A stretch of DNA of 34,991 bases from Patescibacteria group bacterium (GCA_016176685.1 JACOWS010000005.1:1-34991), one strand, 5' to 3'. Counted from the stretch's first letter, positions 1-7,703 are shown. Made by a program: numbers and translations. Notes: generated by a model from the letters alone, not told the origin.

Positions 1-67
1 GAGAATATGCAAGAAAGGAGAGGAGGAGCCCGAGCGCCAACAGGCCGACTCCGATGCGTTTGGTCAT
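1..67 (-). CDS. N-terminus of a putative secreted/membrane protein, runs off the window edge
   Basis: ATG at 67 on the minus strand gives MTKRIGVGLLALGLLLSFLAYS (basic N-region plus hydrophobic stretch). Confidence 0.4.
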   Translation of the reverse strand, partial: MTKRIGVGLLALGLLLSFLAYS

Positions 68-165
68 ATCAAAGATGGTGAAGTAAGCTTATAACACTGT
101 AATGGTCGCATATTTTTAGTCTACACATGCGAGCGGATGTGGATAGCCAGTGGTACAGTTAGTGT

Positions 166-984
166 ATGAGAATAATCTCTTGGAACGTTAACGGGCTCCG
201 TGCTGTGCATAAAAAGGGGCTTTTTGTGCCATTTGTTAAAAAATACCAACCCGACATTATTTGTTTGCAAGAAACAAAAGCAGAACGGGGCCAGGTCGAG
301 CTTGACCTCCCAGACTATGAGGAGTACTGGAACAGCGCCTCCAAAAAGGGCTACAGCGGCACCGCTATATTTGTAAGAACAAATATAAATTCAAAAGATA
401 CGAAACTCAAGCCGATAAGTGTCGCACTGGGCCTGCCGGAGGATATAGTCAAAAAATACCAGCTCGATGGCGACCACTACGGCAATCCCAACCAGGAGGG
501 CCGGGTTATTGCGGCCGAGTTCCCTACCCTATACGTTGTTACTGTATATACCCCCAACGCCAAGCCCGACTTAAGCCGTCTTGCTCTGCGCCACAAGCAC
601 TGGGACCCGGCTTTTTTGGCATATATAAAGCGGCTGGAAGAGCGCAAGCCGGTCGTCTTTTGCGGCGACCTTAATGTCGCCCACACGCCGCAAGACCTAG
701 CCAACCCCAAGGAAAATGAGGGCGAGCACGGCTTTACCAAAGAAGAGCGCGAGGGTGCCGACCGCATCATCGCGGCCGGGTTTATCGATACCTTTCGGCT
801 CTTTACCAAAGAGCCGGGACACTACACCTGGTGGAGCCATTGGCAAAAGGCCCGCGAGCGCAATGTGGGCTGGCGGATAGACTACTTTTTCATATCAAAA
901 GCGCTAAAAAACAGGGTACAAAAGGCGCAAATTTTGCCCCAGGTCATGGGCTCGGACCACTGCCCGATCACCCTAGAGATATAG
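166..984 (+). CDS. xth: Exodeoxyribonuclease III / AP endonuclease
   Basis: SWNVNGLRA, CLQETK, GYSGTA, GDLNVAH, YTWW, GWRIDYF and SDHCP motifs. Confidence 0.96.
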   Translation: MRIISWNVNGLRAVHKKGLFVPFVKKYQPDIICLQETKAERGQVELDLPDYEEYWNSASKKGYSGTAIFVRTNINSKDTKLKPISVALGLPEDIVKKYQLDGDHYGNPNQEGRVIAAEFPTLYVVTVYTPNAKPDLSRLALRHKHWDPAFLAYIKRLEERKPVVFCGDLNVAHTPQDLANPKENEGEHGFTKEEREGADRIIAAGFIDTFRLFTKEPGHYTWWSHWQKARERNVGWRIDYFFISKALKNRVQKAQILPQVMGSDHCPITLEI

Positions 985-1018
985 GGCCACTGCCCTATCG
1001 TGCTCGAACTCGTCAATT

Positions 1019-1048
1019 AAAAACCCCCACAACGGAGGTTGCGGGGGG
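1019..1048. terminator. Hairpin with upstream A-run, probable intrinsic terminator for minus-strand transcription
   Basis: AAAA-CCCCCACAAC-GGAG-GTTGCGGGGG between convergent xth and cca. Confidence 0.45.
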
Positions 1049-1328
1049 TGCGGGTCGGAATCTTCAAACCTAATTTCTTAAATATCATCGGAGTGACGAT
1101 ACTGCTGAGCAAAATGCCGCTTAATCCACATTATTAATTAAGAGTGAGGAATTTGCGCACCGCTCAAAAGAAATATGAGTTAGAAGATAACCTGCGAACA
1201 CGTGTTTCGTCGAGCAACATCAGGGCAAATGTTTTTCGACAAGAACTGTATAAAGAACTCAATCTAGAATGTCCAGTACCCATAGTACTTTTTTAAAGGA
1301 CAGTGTAAAGGACATAAAGGACAAAATC

Positions 1329-1337
1329 TGTGGATAA
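1329..1337 (-). promoter_or_regulatory. DnaA box
   Basis: TGTGGATAA is the reverse complement of TTATCCACA; preceded by three TAAAGGACA copies. Confidence 0.5.
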
Positions 1338-1371
1338 GCTCGACAATTAGTATTGGCAAGTCAAAATAGCT

Positions 1372-2847
1372 TTAATCCACAAAGTACTTTTTGCGTATCT
1401 CTTTTATCTCTTCTTCTTGCGCTTCCTCTTTTTTCTCCTTGCCGCCCTCCCCTTTTGCCTGCAATTCTTTAGGCGGCAGAGCCGCTAGTTCAACTACTTT
1501 TTTCTCCAAATACTCCGCGGTGTTTTTTGCAGGGTCGTCTAAGACTTCCTCCAAAAGTGCATGCAAAATCCACCCAACCCTGGGGCCAGGTTTTTCACGT
1601 GTAACCTCCATCACTCTCTTACCGTCTGTTGCAAGCATCCCGACAGAGATGGGGTCTTGTAATGCTTGGGCTATCATCGACTGGTACTTGCGCAGACGAA
1701 ACGGCTGTTCTTTGGGACGACCGGTTCCTATTCGGTCGCAGATGCGCAGGTTTATAAGCTCGTCTATGTGCTCTCGTCCCACGTTGTTTATAAGCCGCCG
1801 CACTGCAGAGAGCGTAACCTTCTCCGGGTCGGAAAAGAACATATGCCACCGCACCAGCCGCTCGGCCAGGTCGATGGTTTCGCGCGGAAACTTGAGTCCT
1901 TCTAAAATTTTCTTCACCATGCGGGCCCCCACCACCTCGTGCCCGTGGAAGGTCCAATCCTTTTTTTCCTCCGACCATCGGCGGGCTTTTGGTTTGCCCA
2001 CGTCGTGGAAGAGCCCGGCAAGCCGTATTATAAGCGGCCACTCCTTGTCGGCGGCGTGCTGGAGCGTGCGCATATTATGTTCAAAAACGTCATACTTGTG
2101 GGCCTGGTTCTGCAGAACCCCCACCCCCTGCTCTAGCTCTGGCGAAATGTGGGCCAAAACCCCCATAGAGTGGGCCAAAAGCAGAGCCTTCATCGGCTTG
2201 GGAGAGTTTAAAATCCTTATGAACTCGTCCCTCACCCGCTCTTTTGAGATTTTACCTAGTTGAGAAACGGTCTGTTTCATCGCCTCTTTTGTGAGTTCCT
2301 CTATGGAAAAGTTAAGCTCGGCACTAAGGCGCACCGCCCGCAGTATCCGCAGTGCGTCTTCCTCAAACCGCTCTCTTGGCTCCCCCACTGCCCGCAACCT
2401 ATTGTCCTTTATGTCCTTTATACCATCGTAAAGGTCAACCAGCTTGTTCTGTGACGGGTCAAATGCCAGTGCATTTATGGTAAAGTCTCGCCTTTTGAGA
2501 TCTTCTTCCAGTTTATGGCTAAAAACAACAGTATCCGGGCGCCTGGCGTCGCTATACCTCCCTTCCGTGCGGTAAGGGGTGACCTCAACCACCTTTAATG
2601 TGTCATCTTCTATCCCCTCATTGACCACGCCCACTGTCCCAAACTCGTTGGTATAGAAGGTTTTTTCAAACAAACCCTGTATCTCATCCGGGTTAGCATT
2701 GGTGGTAACATCCCAGTCGTTTGGCTTTTTGCCTAGCACCAGGTCGCGCACGCACCCACCCACAACCCAGGCCTCAAACCCCGCCTTTTGGAGCTTTTCT
2801 GTAACACGCAATACTTCTGCGGGGATTTGGCTTAGAGACCGTTGCAT
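1372..2847 (-). CDS. cca: CCA-adding tRNA nucleotidyltransferase (class II) with HD domain
   Basis: VGGCVRD, DWD, intact flexible loop, RRDFTINA, EDALRILR, ERVRDE, HDVGK; divergent from tRNA-Arg. Confidence 0.9.
   Translation of the reverse strand: MQRSLSQIPAEVLRVTEKLQKAGFEAWVVGGCVRDLVLGKKPNDWDVTTNANPDEIQGLFEKTFYTNEFGTVGVVNEGIEDDTLKVVEVTPYRTEGRYSDARRPDTVVFSHKLEEDLKRRDFTINALAFDPSQNKLVDLYDGIKDIKDNRLRAVGEPRERFEEDALRILRAVRLSAELNFSIEELTKEAMKQTVSQLGKISKERVRDEFIRILNSPKPMKALLLAHSMGVLAHISPELEQGVGVLQNQAHKYDVFEHNMRTLQHAADKEWPLIIRLAGLFHDVGKPKARRWSEEKKDWTFHGHEVVGARMVKKILEGLKFPRETIDLAERLVRWHMFFSDPEKVTLSAVRRLINNVGREHIDELINLRICDRIGTGRPKEQPFRLRKYQSMIAQALQDPISVGMLATDGKRVMEVTREKPGPRVGWILHALLEEVLDDPAKNTAEYLEKKVVELAALPPKELQAKGEGGKEKKEEAQEEEIKEIRKKYFVD
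1591..1606. promoter_or_regulatory. parS-like site within cca
   Basis: Reverse complement GGTTACACGTGAAAAA, 2 mismatches to TGTTNCACGTGAAACA. Confidence 0.5.
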
Positions 2848-2870
2848 GGCACAATTCTACACGATAAGTT

Positions 2871-2942
2871 GCGCCCGTGGTGAAATGGATATCATCACTG
2901 CCTTCGAAGCAGTTGTTGCAGGTTCGAGTCCTGCCGGGCGCA
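2871..2942 (+). tRNA. tRNA-Arg(UCG)
   Basis: Acceptor GCGCCCG/CGGGCGC, anticodon arm ACTGC-CTTCGAA-GCAGT, T-arm GCAGG-TTCGAGT-CCTGC; no encoded CCA. Confidence 0.95.
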
Positions 2943-3018
2943 CAAAAGCCAAAATAGTTGACGAGCAAATTCGACTTGTGACCACAGGTACTATATATTT
3001 GTTAGGCAGATCAGGTTA

Positions 3019-3089
3019 GCGGTCATAGTTTAGTGGTAGGACGGCTCCTTGCCAAGGAGCAGGCGCGAGTTCGATTCTCGCTGACCGCA
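3019..3089 (+). tRNA. tRNA-Gly(GCC)
   Basis: GCGGTCA/TGACCGC, GCTCC-TTGCCAA-GGAGC, GCGAG-TTCGATT-CTCGC. Confidence 0.95.
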
Positions 3090-3114
3090 CATTTCTTAGG
3101 TTTTTAGGACATTA

Positions 3115-3143
3115 TGTGGATAACATTGGGGACATGTGCATAA
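3115..3143 (-). promoter_or_regulatory. Two DnaA boxes upstream of yraN
   Basis: TGTGGATAA at 3115-3123 and TGTGCATAA at 3135-3143, both matching TTATNCACA. Confidence 0.5.
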
Positions 3144-3213
3144 AGGACAAGTCTTATAGACCTTTATGTTACTTAAGAAACACTTATAGTTAGTGGTTCA
3201 TGTGAAATCTGTC

Positions 3214-3648
3214 ATGGCAGTATCAAAAAAGAGGAAAATAGGCGATAATGGCGAGGAAGTTGCCTGTAAATACCTTGAAAATAAGGGTTTTTCAGTAATC
3301 GAGCGCAACTATTGGAGGCCGTGGGGAGAGATAGATATAGTGGCTAAAAAGGGCTCTATTCTTAGTTTTGTAGAGGTAAAGTCAGTTTCTGCAGACCTTT
3401 CACGTGTAACTCCTCTCGAAGGCGGTTCACGTGGAACGTCCGCCGGATTGGCCGGGCGCGGTGGCCTTAGGCCGGAGGAAAATGTGCATCCGGCAAAGAT
3501 TAAACGCCTAAGCAGAGCCATTCAGACCTATTTATTGGAGAAAAAAGTCGGAGATGAGGTGGAGTGGCGTATAGACATTGCCTGTGTCTTTTTGGATTTT
3601 GACCTTAAGAGAGCTCGGGTGGAACACTGGGAAAACGTTATTTTTTGA
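3214..3648 (+). CDS. yraN: YraN (UPF0102) PD-(D/E)XK nuclease-family protein with an internal insertion
   Basis: G..GEEVAC.YL...GF..IERNY...WGEIDIVA...FVEVK; ATG at 3214 preferred over GTG at 3193. Confidence 0.88.
   Translation: MAVSKKRKIGDNGEEVACKYLENKGFSVIERNYWRPWGEIDIVAKKGSILSFVEVKSVSADLSRVTPLEGGSRGTSAGLAGRGGLRPEENVHPAKIKRLSRAIQTYLLEKKVGDEVEWRIDIACVFLDFDLKRARVEHWENVIF
3396..3438. promoter_or_regulatory. Two parS-like sites inside yraN
   Basis: Reverse complements AGTTACACGTGAAAGG (3396-3411) and CGTTCCACGTGAACCG (3423-3438). Confidence 0.5.
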
Positions 3649-3696
3649 TTTGTATGGTAAATTTGACAAACTCTCCTTTGCGAGCAGCGGGCTGCG

Positions 3697-3730
3697 CCCG
3701 TCGTAGCTCGCTTCGGCGAGCGAAGACGGG
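3697..3730. repeat. Small palindromic element overlapping the tRNA-Pro 5' end
   Basis: CCCGTCGTAG-CTCGC-TTCG-GCGAG-CGAAGACGGG; same layout as 6147-6180. Confidence 0.65.
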
Positions 3731-3797
3731 CCGTAGTATACCGGTAGTACACCTGCTTTGGGAGCAGGTAGACTGGGTTCGATTCCCAGCGGCCCGA
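3727..3797 (+). tRNA. tRNA-Pro(UGG)
   Basis: CGGGCCG/CGGCCCG, CCTGC-TTTGGGA-GCAGG, CTGGG-TTCGATT-CCCAG. Confidence 0.95.
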
Positions 3798-3888
3798 AAG
3801 CAAGCCGGTTCATGCTGGGTAACCCTCCCAGCGGCCCGAAAGCAAGCCGGTTCATGCTGGGTAACCCTCCCAGCGGCCCGAAAGCAAG
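3785..3888 (+). repeat. 42-bp tandem repeat (about 2.5 copies) starting in the tRNA-Pro 3' end
   Basis: Unit CCCAGCGGCCCGAAAGCAAGCCGGTTCATGCTGGGTAACCCT at 3785 and 3827, partial copy at 3869. Confidence 0.92.
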
Positions 3889-3889
3889 T

Positions 3890-4903
3890 ATGGAACGTAT
3901 AACACTTACAACCAAACCATCAGATGGTTATGCACTGCTTGACTCCGGCGGGGAAGAGAAGCTTGAGCGCTATGGCAATATGGTGCTGGCACGCCCAGAC
4001 CCGCAGGCGCTGTGGCCTAAAAACTTGCCGGAATGGAATCACCGCCAAGAGCGGGACCCCACCCTTGGCGGTGGGTGGGACACAGCAGATGCTCAATACG
4101 TTAGAGAGGGGAATAGCGGCCACTGGGTGGGGAATATACCAAAAGAATGGCCGATAGAATTTGGCGGTCTGCGCTTTTTGATTAGGCCGACTAGTTTTAA
4201 ACACACGGGCCTTTTCCCCGAACAGTTGCCCAACTGGGAGTGGCTTTCAAAGTTGGTTGTATCGGTGCTTGCGCTGAATGCCGGTGAGGAGACTGAGCCA
4301 CCCGCGAAGCGGGTAATAGGCTCCGAGGCGGCGTTCAGCGCAAGCACTTCTGCATCAGATAGGCTTGTTTCTGTGCTCAATCTCTTTGCCTACACAGGGG
4401 GAGCCACGCTTGCCGCGGCCAAGGCAGGGGCCAGTGTGGTACATGTAGACGCCTCAAAAACAGCAGTGGCCTGGGCGCGGGAAAATGCCGCCGCTTCAGG
4501 CCTGGCAAGCAAACCTATCCGCTGGCTCGTCGAGGATGTCTTGGTGTTTGTAAGGCGGGAGATAAAACGCGGTAACCGTTATGACATCATCATTATGGAC
4601 CCGCCGTCCTTTGGCCACGGGCCCAAAGATGAGTTGTGGAAGATAGAGGAACATCTTATCCCACTCGTGAAGGAGTGCGCGGAACTGCTGTCGGAAAAAC
4701 CGCTCGGTTTTTTGATAAACGGGTATGCGGCGGGATATTCACCGCTTGCATTTGCCTACAACCTGGAGCCGTTACTAAAAAAATATGGCGGTACTATCCA
4801 GTATGGCGACCTCACGATAGAAGAGCAGGCCCGTTCGACGCACTCAGGGCAGGGAAGTGAGCGGCTCTTACCTTGTGGCATTTTTGCCCGCTGGCAGGCT
4901 TGA
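3890..4903 (+). CDS. Class I SAM-dependent methyltransferase (RlmI/RlmK-like) with palindromic in-frame insertions
   Basis: LLDSGGEEKLERYG, FKHTGLFPEQ, VLNLFAYTGG, VDAS and MDPPSFG motifs. Confidence 0.88.
   Translation: MERITLTTKPSDGYALLDSGGEEKLERYGNMVLARPDPQALWPKNLPEWNHRQERDPTLGGGWDTADAQYVREGNSGHWVGNIPKEWPIEFGGLRFLIRPTSFKHTGLFPEQLPNWEWLSKLVVSVLALNAGEETEPPAKRVIGSEAAFSASTSASDRLVSVLNLFAYTGGATLAAAKAGASVVHVDASKTAVAWARENAAASGLASKPIRWLVEDVLVFVRREIKRGNRYDIIIMDPPSFGHGPKDELWKIEEHLIPLVKECAELLSEKPLGFLINGYAAGYSPLAFAYNLEPLLKKYGGTIQYGDLTIEEQARSTHSGQGSERLLPCGIFARWQA
4265..4347. repeat. In-frame hairpin element with a 33-bp core shared with recJ
   Basis: 19-bp arms at 4265-4283 and 4329-4347; core GGAGACTGAGCCACCCGCGAAGCGGGTAATAGG at 4288-4320. 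Confidence 0.85.
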
Positions 4904-4920
4904 CCCCTGCATCAAGCACT

Positions 4921-6087
4921 CTAGCGGTGCTCTATAGCATCTTTTAGCTTTCCCAATTCTGCTTTTGCTGTGGAGCTTGCAAATGCCGCCTCCCCGTCGG
5001 AAAGGTTTTGTGATAAAAGTTCCGCGAGTCCTCCTTGGCCCTCTGCCGTCAAGCTGCGGTTTATATGCGCTATGGTAATAGCGCGCAGGTCGCGCTCGGC
5101 CGTTGAGGTGGCGGCGGTAGAGGTGACTATAATGCCGGCAAGCTTGCCGTCCTGTGCGCGCACCACCGCCCCGCCGGACGATCCCCCCTGCGAAACAACG
5201 GTTCCGCCTATGGAAAAAAGGTCTACCTGCTGTGGGTTGTCAAAGGTAAACAGTCCGCGCACGGCCGCATAGGCCGAAGTAATATACAAATTAAGCGTTA
5301 TCGTTTGTCCGTCAAGAAACCCGGCCGGGTATGCCGCCAGTAGCATACTGTCGCCCGGCGTTGGCAAGGAACCTGTCATGGCAATGAACGGGAAAGTGGT
5401 CGGGAAAGGAATACTCGGCCCTGTTGGCCCCGTAATGTGCAAAAAGGCGTAGTCGTGCTCCCCGGTGCCGGTCCCTTGCTCCTGTACTATCTGCGAAGCG
5501 TTGGCATCTACCCACGCGGGCGGCAGATACAATAATTCTGCACGGTACATAGCGCGCGCGGGGCTGCCGGTGCGCAGTACACAGTCGACATTGCCCTCTG
5601 TGGGGTAGTCTCGCAGTAAAAAGTATTGCCCAACGTGCGCGTTGGTAAGCACCACACCGCGGCTGTCGACCAAAACTCCACTGCCGGATATAGGTTTAAA
5701 AGAGCCGCCCGCTTTGGTGGTACATAAAATGTTCACTAACGCCTCGCGGGTTTGTGTGTTGAGGACGGTTGAGTCTATAGCGGGCGCGAGGGGCAGGGCA
5801 GGAGGGGTTGAGGGCGCCACTGGTGTTGCAATGGGCGCGGCGGCGGTTTTGTGCGCAGGGGTGGGCTCCTGTGGCGTTACAGGGGTACTTAGTGTGGGCG
5901 GCACCTCTGCTACAGTAGAGGTCGCTACCTCTACAGATACTTGCCACTCTCCTGCCACTGGAGTTTCTCCAGCCATTGGAGTAACTGATGTGTAAGTAGA
6001 GAGCGAGGTAAAAAACCCGCCAAGAGCTATTAAGACAGCGGTAGCAAACAGCGCAAGCTTCCCCAGTAGCGAATAAAAGAAATCCAT
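4921..6087 (-). CDS. Membrane-anchored trypsin-like (S1) serine protease
   Basis: N-terminal hydrophobic helix, P/T/A-rich linker, triad motifs TNAHV, HDYAFL and GSSGG; ATG at 6087. Confidence 0.82.
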   Translation of the reverse strand: MDFFYSLLGKLALFATAVLIALGGFFTSLSTYTSVTPMAGETPVAGEWQVSVEVATSTVAEVPPTLSTPVTPQEPTPAHKTAAAPIATPVAPSTPPALPLAPAIDSTVLNTQTREALVNILCTTKAGGSFKPISGSGVLVDSRGVVLTNAHVGQYFLLRDYPTEGNVDCVLRTGSPARAMYRAELLYLPPAWVDANASQIVQEQGTGTGEHDYAFLHITGPTGPSIPFPTTFPFIAMTGSLPTPGDSMLLAAYPAGFLDGQTITLNLYITSAYAAVRGLFTFDNPQQVDLFSIGGTVVSQGGSSGGAVVRAQDGKLAGIIVTSTAATSTAERDLRAITIAHINRSLTAEGQGGLAELLSQNLSDGEAAFASSTAKAELGKLKDAIEHR

Positions 6088-6146
6088 AGTAGATATACTA
6101 TACACGTGGTAGAACGAATCCACCGTCGCGAATCTAAGCGGGCCTG

Positions 6147-6180
6147 CCCGCCGAAGTCCGCTGTGGCGGACAAAGGCGGG
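6147..6180. repeat. Small palindromic element overlapping the tRNA-Gly 5' end
   Basis: CCCGCCGAAG-TCCGC-TGTG-GCGGA-CAAAGGCGGG. Confidence 0.65.
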
Positions 6181-6246
6181 ATTAGTTTAGTGGTAAAACG
6201 ACAGTTTTCCAAACTGTAGTTACCGGTTCGATTCCGGTATCCCGCA
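6176..6246 (+). tRNA. tRNA-Gly(UCC)
   Basis: GCGGGAT/ATCCCGC, ACAGT-TTTCCAA-ACTGT, ACCGG-TTCGATT-CCGGT. Confidence 0.95.
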
Positions 6247-6413
6247 CTATCGAGGAATTTGCAAGCCGGAACTCGCCGCCGCGCAGGGCACGGCGGCTCG
6301 CGCGCACTGCCATTTAGGGTTTATTTCGAATCTGCCGTTTCGCATTGGAAAAAGGCATTTTGGGGCATATAATCCTTAATCACTGGAATCTCCTTGTTTT
6401 GGCCACCGCGAGC

Positions 6414-6442
6414 TTGACGCGATTACAGGACTATGCTATAAG
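6414..6442 (+). promoter_or_regulatory. Sigma70-type promoter of the two-gene islet
   Basis: TTGACG-17 nt-TATAAG with extended TG; followed by a perfect hairpin at 6452-6476. Confidence 0.55.
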
Positions 6443-6516
6443 ATTTACAGCCTACAAAGACATCATGTCTTTGTAGAAAAGTCCTTTTACATCAAGCAAA
6501 AAGGAGGTAAGAACCT

Positions 6517-6777
6517 ATGCTCGAAACCATTTTGACCGCTTTGGTGTGGCTCGGAGGTGGCTATCTCTGCGGAGAGTTCATCATCCGCTGGAATCAACGC
6601 CACCTCCTCGGTGATCATGTGAGCACCAAGAAGCTCGCGGTAGCCCTTCGGCTCAATGCCGATTTGAACCTCTACCGAGGCACTAAGGTCCCGCATTGGA
6701 GACTGATTCTCACTCTCATGGGGCCGATCACGATTTCCAAGGCCGCTTTGCTGCGACTGTGCGGCGGGCCGACCTAA
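6517..6777 (+). CDS. Hypothetical small membrane protein (86 aa)
   Basis: AAGGAGGT Shine-Dalgarno, hydrophobic N-terminus. Confidence 0.65.
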   Translation: MLETILTALVWLGGGYLCGEFIIRWNQRHLLGDHVSTKKLAVALRLNADLNLYRGTKVPHWRLILTLMGPITISKAALLRLCGGPT

Positions 6778-6807
6778 ACCCGAAACCCAAAACGAAAGGA
6801 GGATTTC

Positions 6808-7605
6808 ATGTCCTACAAGTACGAGCTCTTTGTTATCGACCGCAAGTCCGAGCTCGACGGAGAGGAGCAGAAGCGCGTGACCTATCTGCGCGACAAGCTC
6901 TCGACCGCCGAGTCCCTCGGCCTGGAAGCGCAGTCCGCCTCCATCAAGGCCGACATCGCCACCGTCGAGCGAGGTCGTCTCATCACGACCTCGCCCATGA
7001 CCGACACCGAGCTGACCATCTGGCGTGCGTGGTTGCCCACGGCGTACACCGACATCGGTGACGACAAGCGGCACCAGCTTGCCAACTACCACTTCGACCG
7101 CATCCCACAGCCTGTGCTCAAGATGTGGCAGAAGCACAAGGAGTCCGGTGCCTTCGAGCGCTTCGAGATCTGGACGCCGGAGAATCCGCGACCCGACCCC
7201 ATTTTGGTCGGCGTCAACGGCACCGCTCGGCATCTGCTGGCCCGCTGGGGCGAGTCCGATGCCAATCTCATCTCCTTCGACGACGTCAAGCGCGAGCTGA
7301 TGCGCCGGTGGGACGAGAACGAGTACGAAACAGGAGAATACTGGGATCTCCCATTCGTACCCATCTTCCCCGCCATCCTTATCGGTTCGGTACCGCTGTT
7401 TGTGTTCGCCTCGTTTGGTATCAAGGGGTTTGTTCCACCCATCTTGGCCCTTTTGATTGCCATCATTGCTTACTTCTCGGTTCGGCACGTGATGACCAGG
7501 ATGACCACCAGGGGGACAAAGGAACGTCGGGATTCGAGCACACTCATGCAGGCCATCGCCAAGGACGATTCGGTGCAGCGCGAGCTGTACCCCGCTTCGG
7601 CCTGA
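6808..7605 (+). CDS. Hypothetical protein (265 aa) with two C-terminal TM helices
   Basis: AAGGAGG Shine-Dalgarno, strongly C/G-ending codons, followed by a terminator. Confidence 0.8.
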   Translation: MSYKYELFVIDRKSELDGEEQKRVTYLRDKLSTAESLGLEAQSASIKADIATVERGRLITTSPMTDTELTIWRAWLPTAYTDIGDDKRHQLANYHFDRIPQPVLKMWQKHKESGAFERFEIWTPENPRPDPILVGVNGTARHLLARWGESDANLISFDDVKRELMRRWDENEYETGEYWDLPFVPIFPAILIGSVPLFVFASFGIKGFVPPILALLIAIIAYFSVRHVMTRMTTRGTKERRDSSTLMQAIAKDDSVQRELYPASA

Positions 7606-7628
7606 CGAACCAGCTCTGCGGCACTTCA

Positions 7629-7674
7629 GACGCTCATCTCAACCTATCGGTTGGCGTGAGCGTCTTTCTTTTTT
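7629..7674 (+). terminator. Intrinsic terminator of the islet
   Basis: AGACGCTCA...TGAGCGTCT followed by a T-rich tail. Confidence 0.65.
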
Positions 7675-7678
7675 AAAA

Positions 7679-7703
7679 ATCATAGAGGCGTCGCCTCTAT
7701 GAT
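7679..7703. repeat. 25-bp REP-like palindrome, copy 1
   Basis: ATCATAGAGGCG-T-CGCCTCTATGAT; exact reverse complement at 32093-32117. Confidence 0.85.

Noticed and set aside
1145-1296. Possible 50-codon GTG-start ORF between xth and cca
   Set aside because: No SD or -10 support and no recognisable motif
1-3150. Calling oriC in this window
   Set aside because: DnaA boxes are dispersed, dnaA and dnaN are absent and no clear unwinding element is visible; only origin proximity is suggested
3785-3888. CRISPR array
   Set aside because: Units are identical and contiguous, with no unique spacers
3758-3889. N-terminal extension of the methyltransferase in the ORF track
   Set aside because: It runs through tRNA-Pro and a 42-bp (multiple of 3) repeat; ATG at 3890 fits the family start
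4288-4320. Hammerhead ribozyme in the conserved core (CTGAG...GAA)
   Set aside because: Lacks CUGANGA and GAAA in the required three-stem arrangement
6487-7488. Long antisense or alternative-frame ORFs (also 1391-2263, 8804-9589, 21464-22249, 31105-31908 and similar)
   Set aside because: Shadows of well-supported genes on the opposite strand, expected with GC-rich codon usage
6247-7703. Prophage or integrative element at tRNA-Gly
   Set aside because: No integrase, no duplicated tRNA 3' end and no phage structural genes
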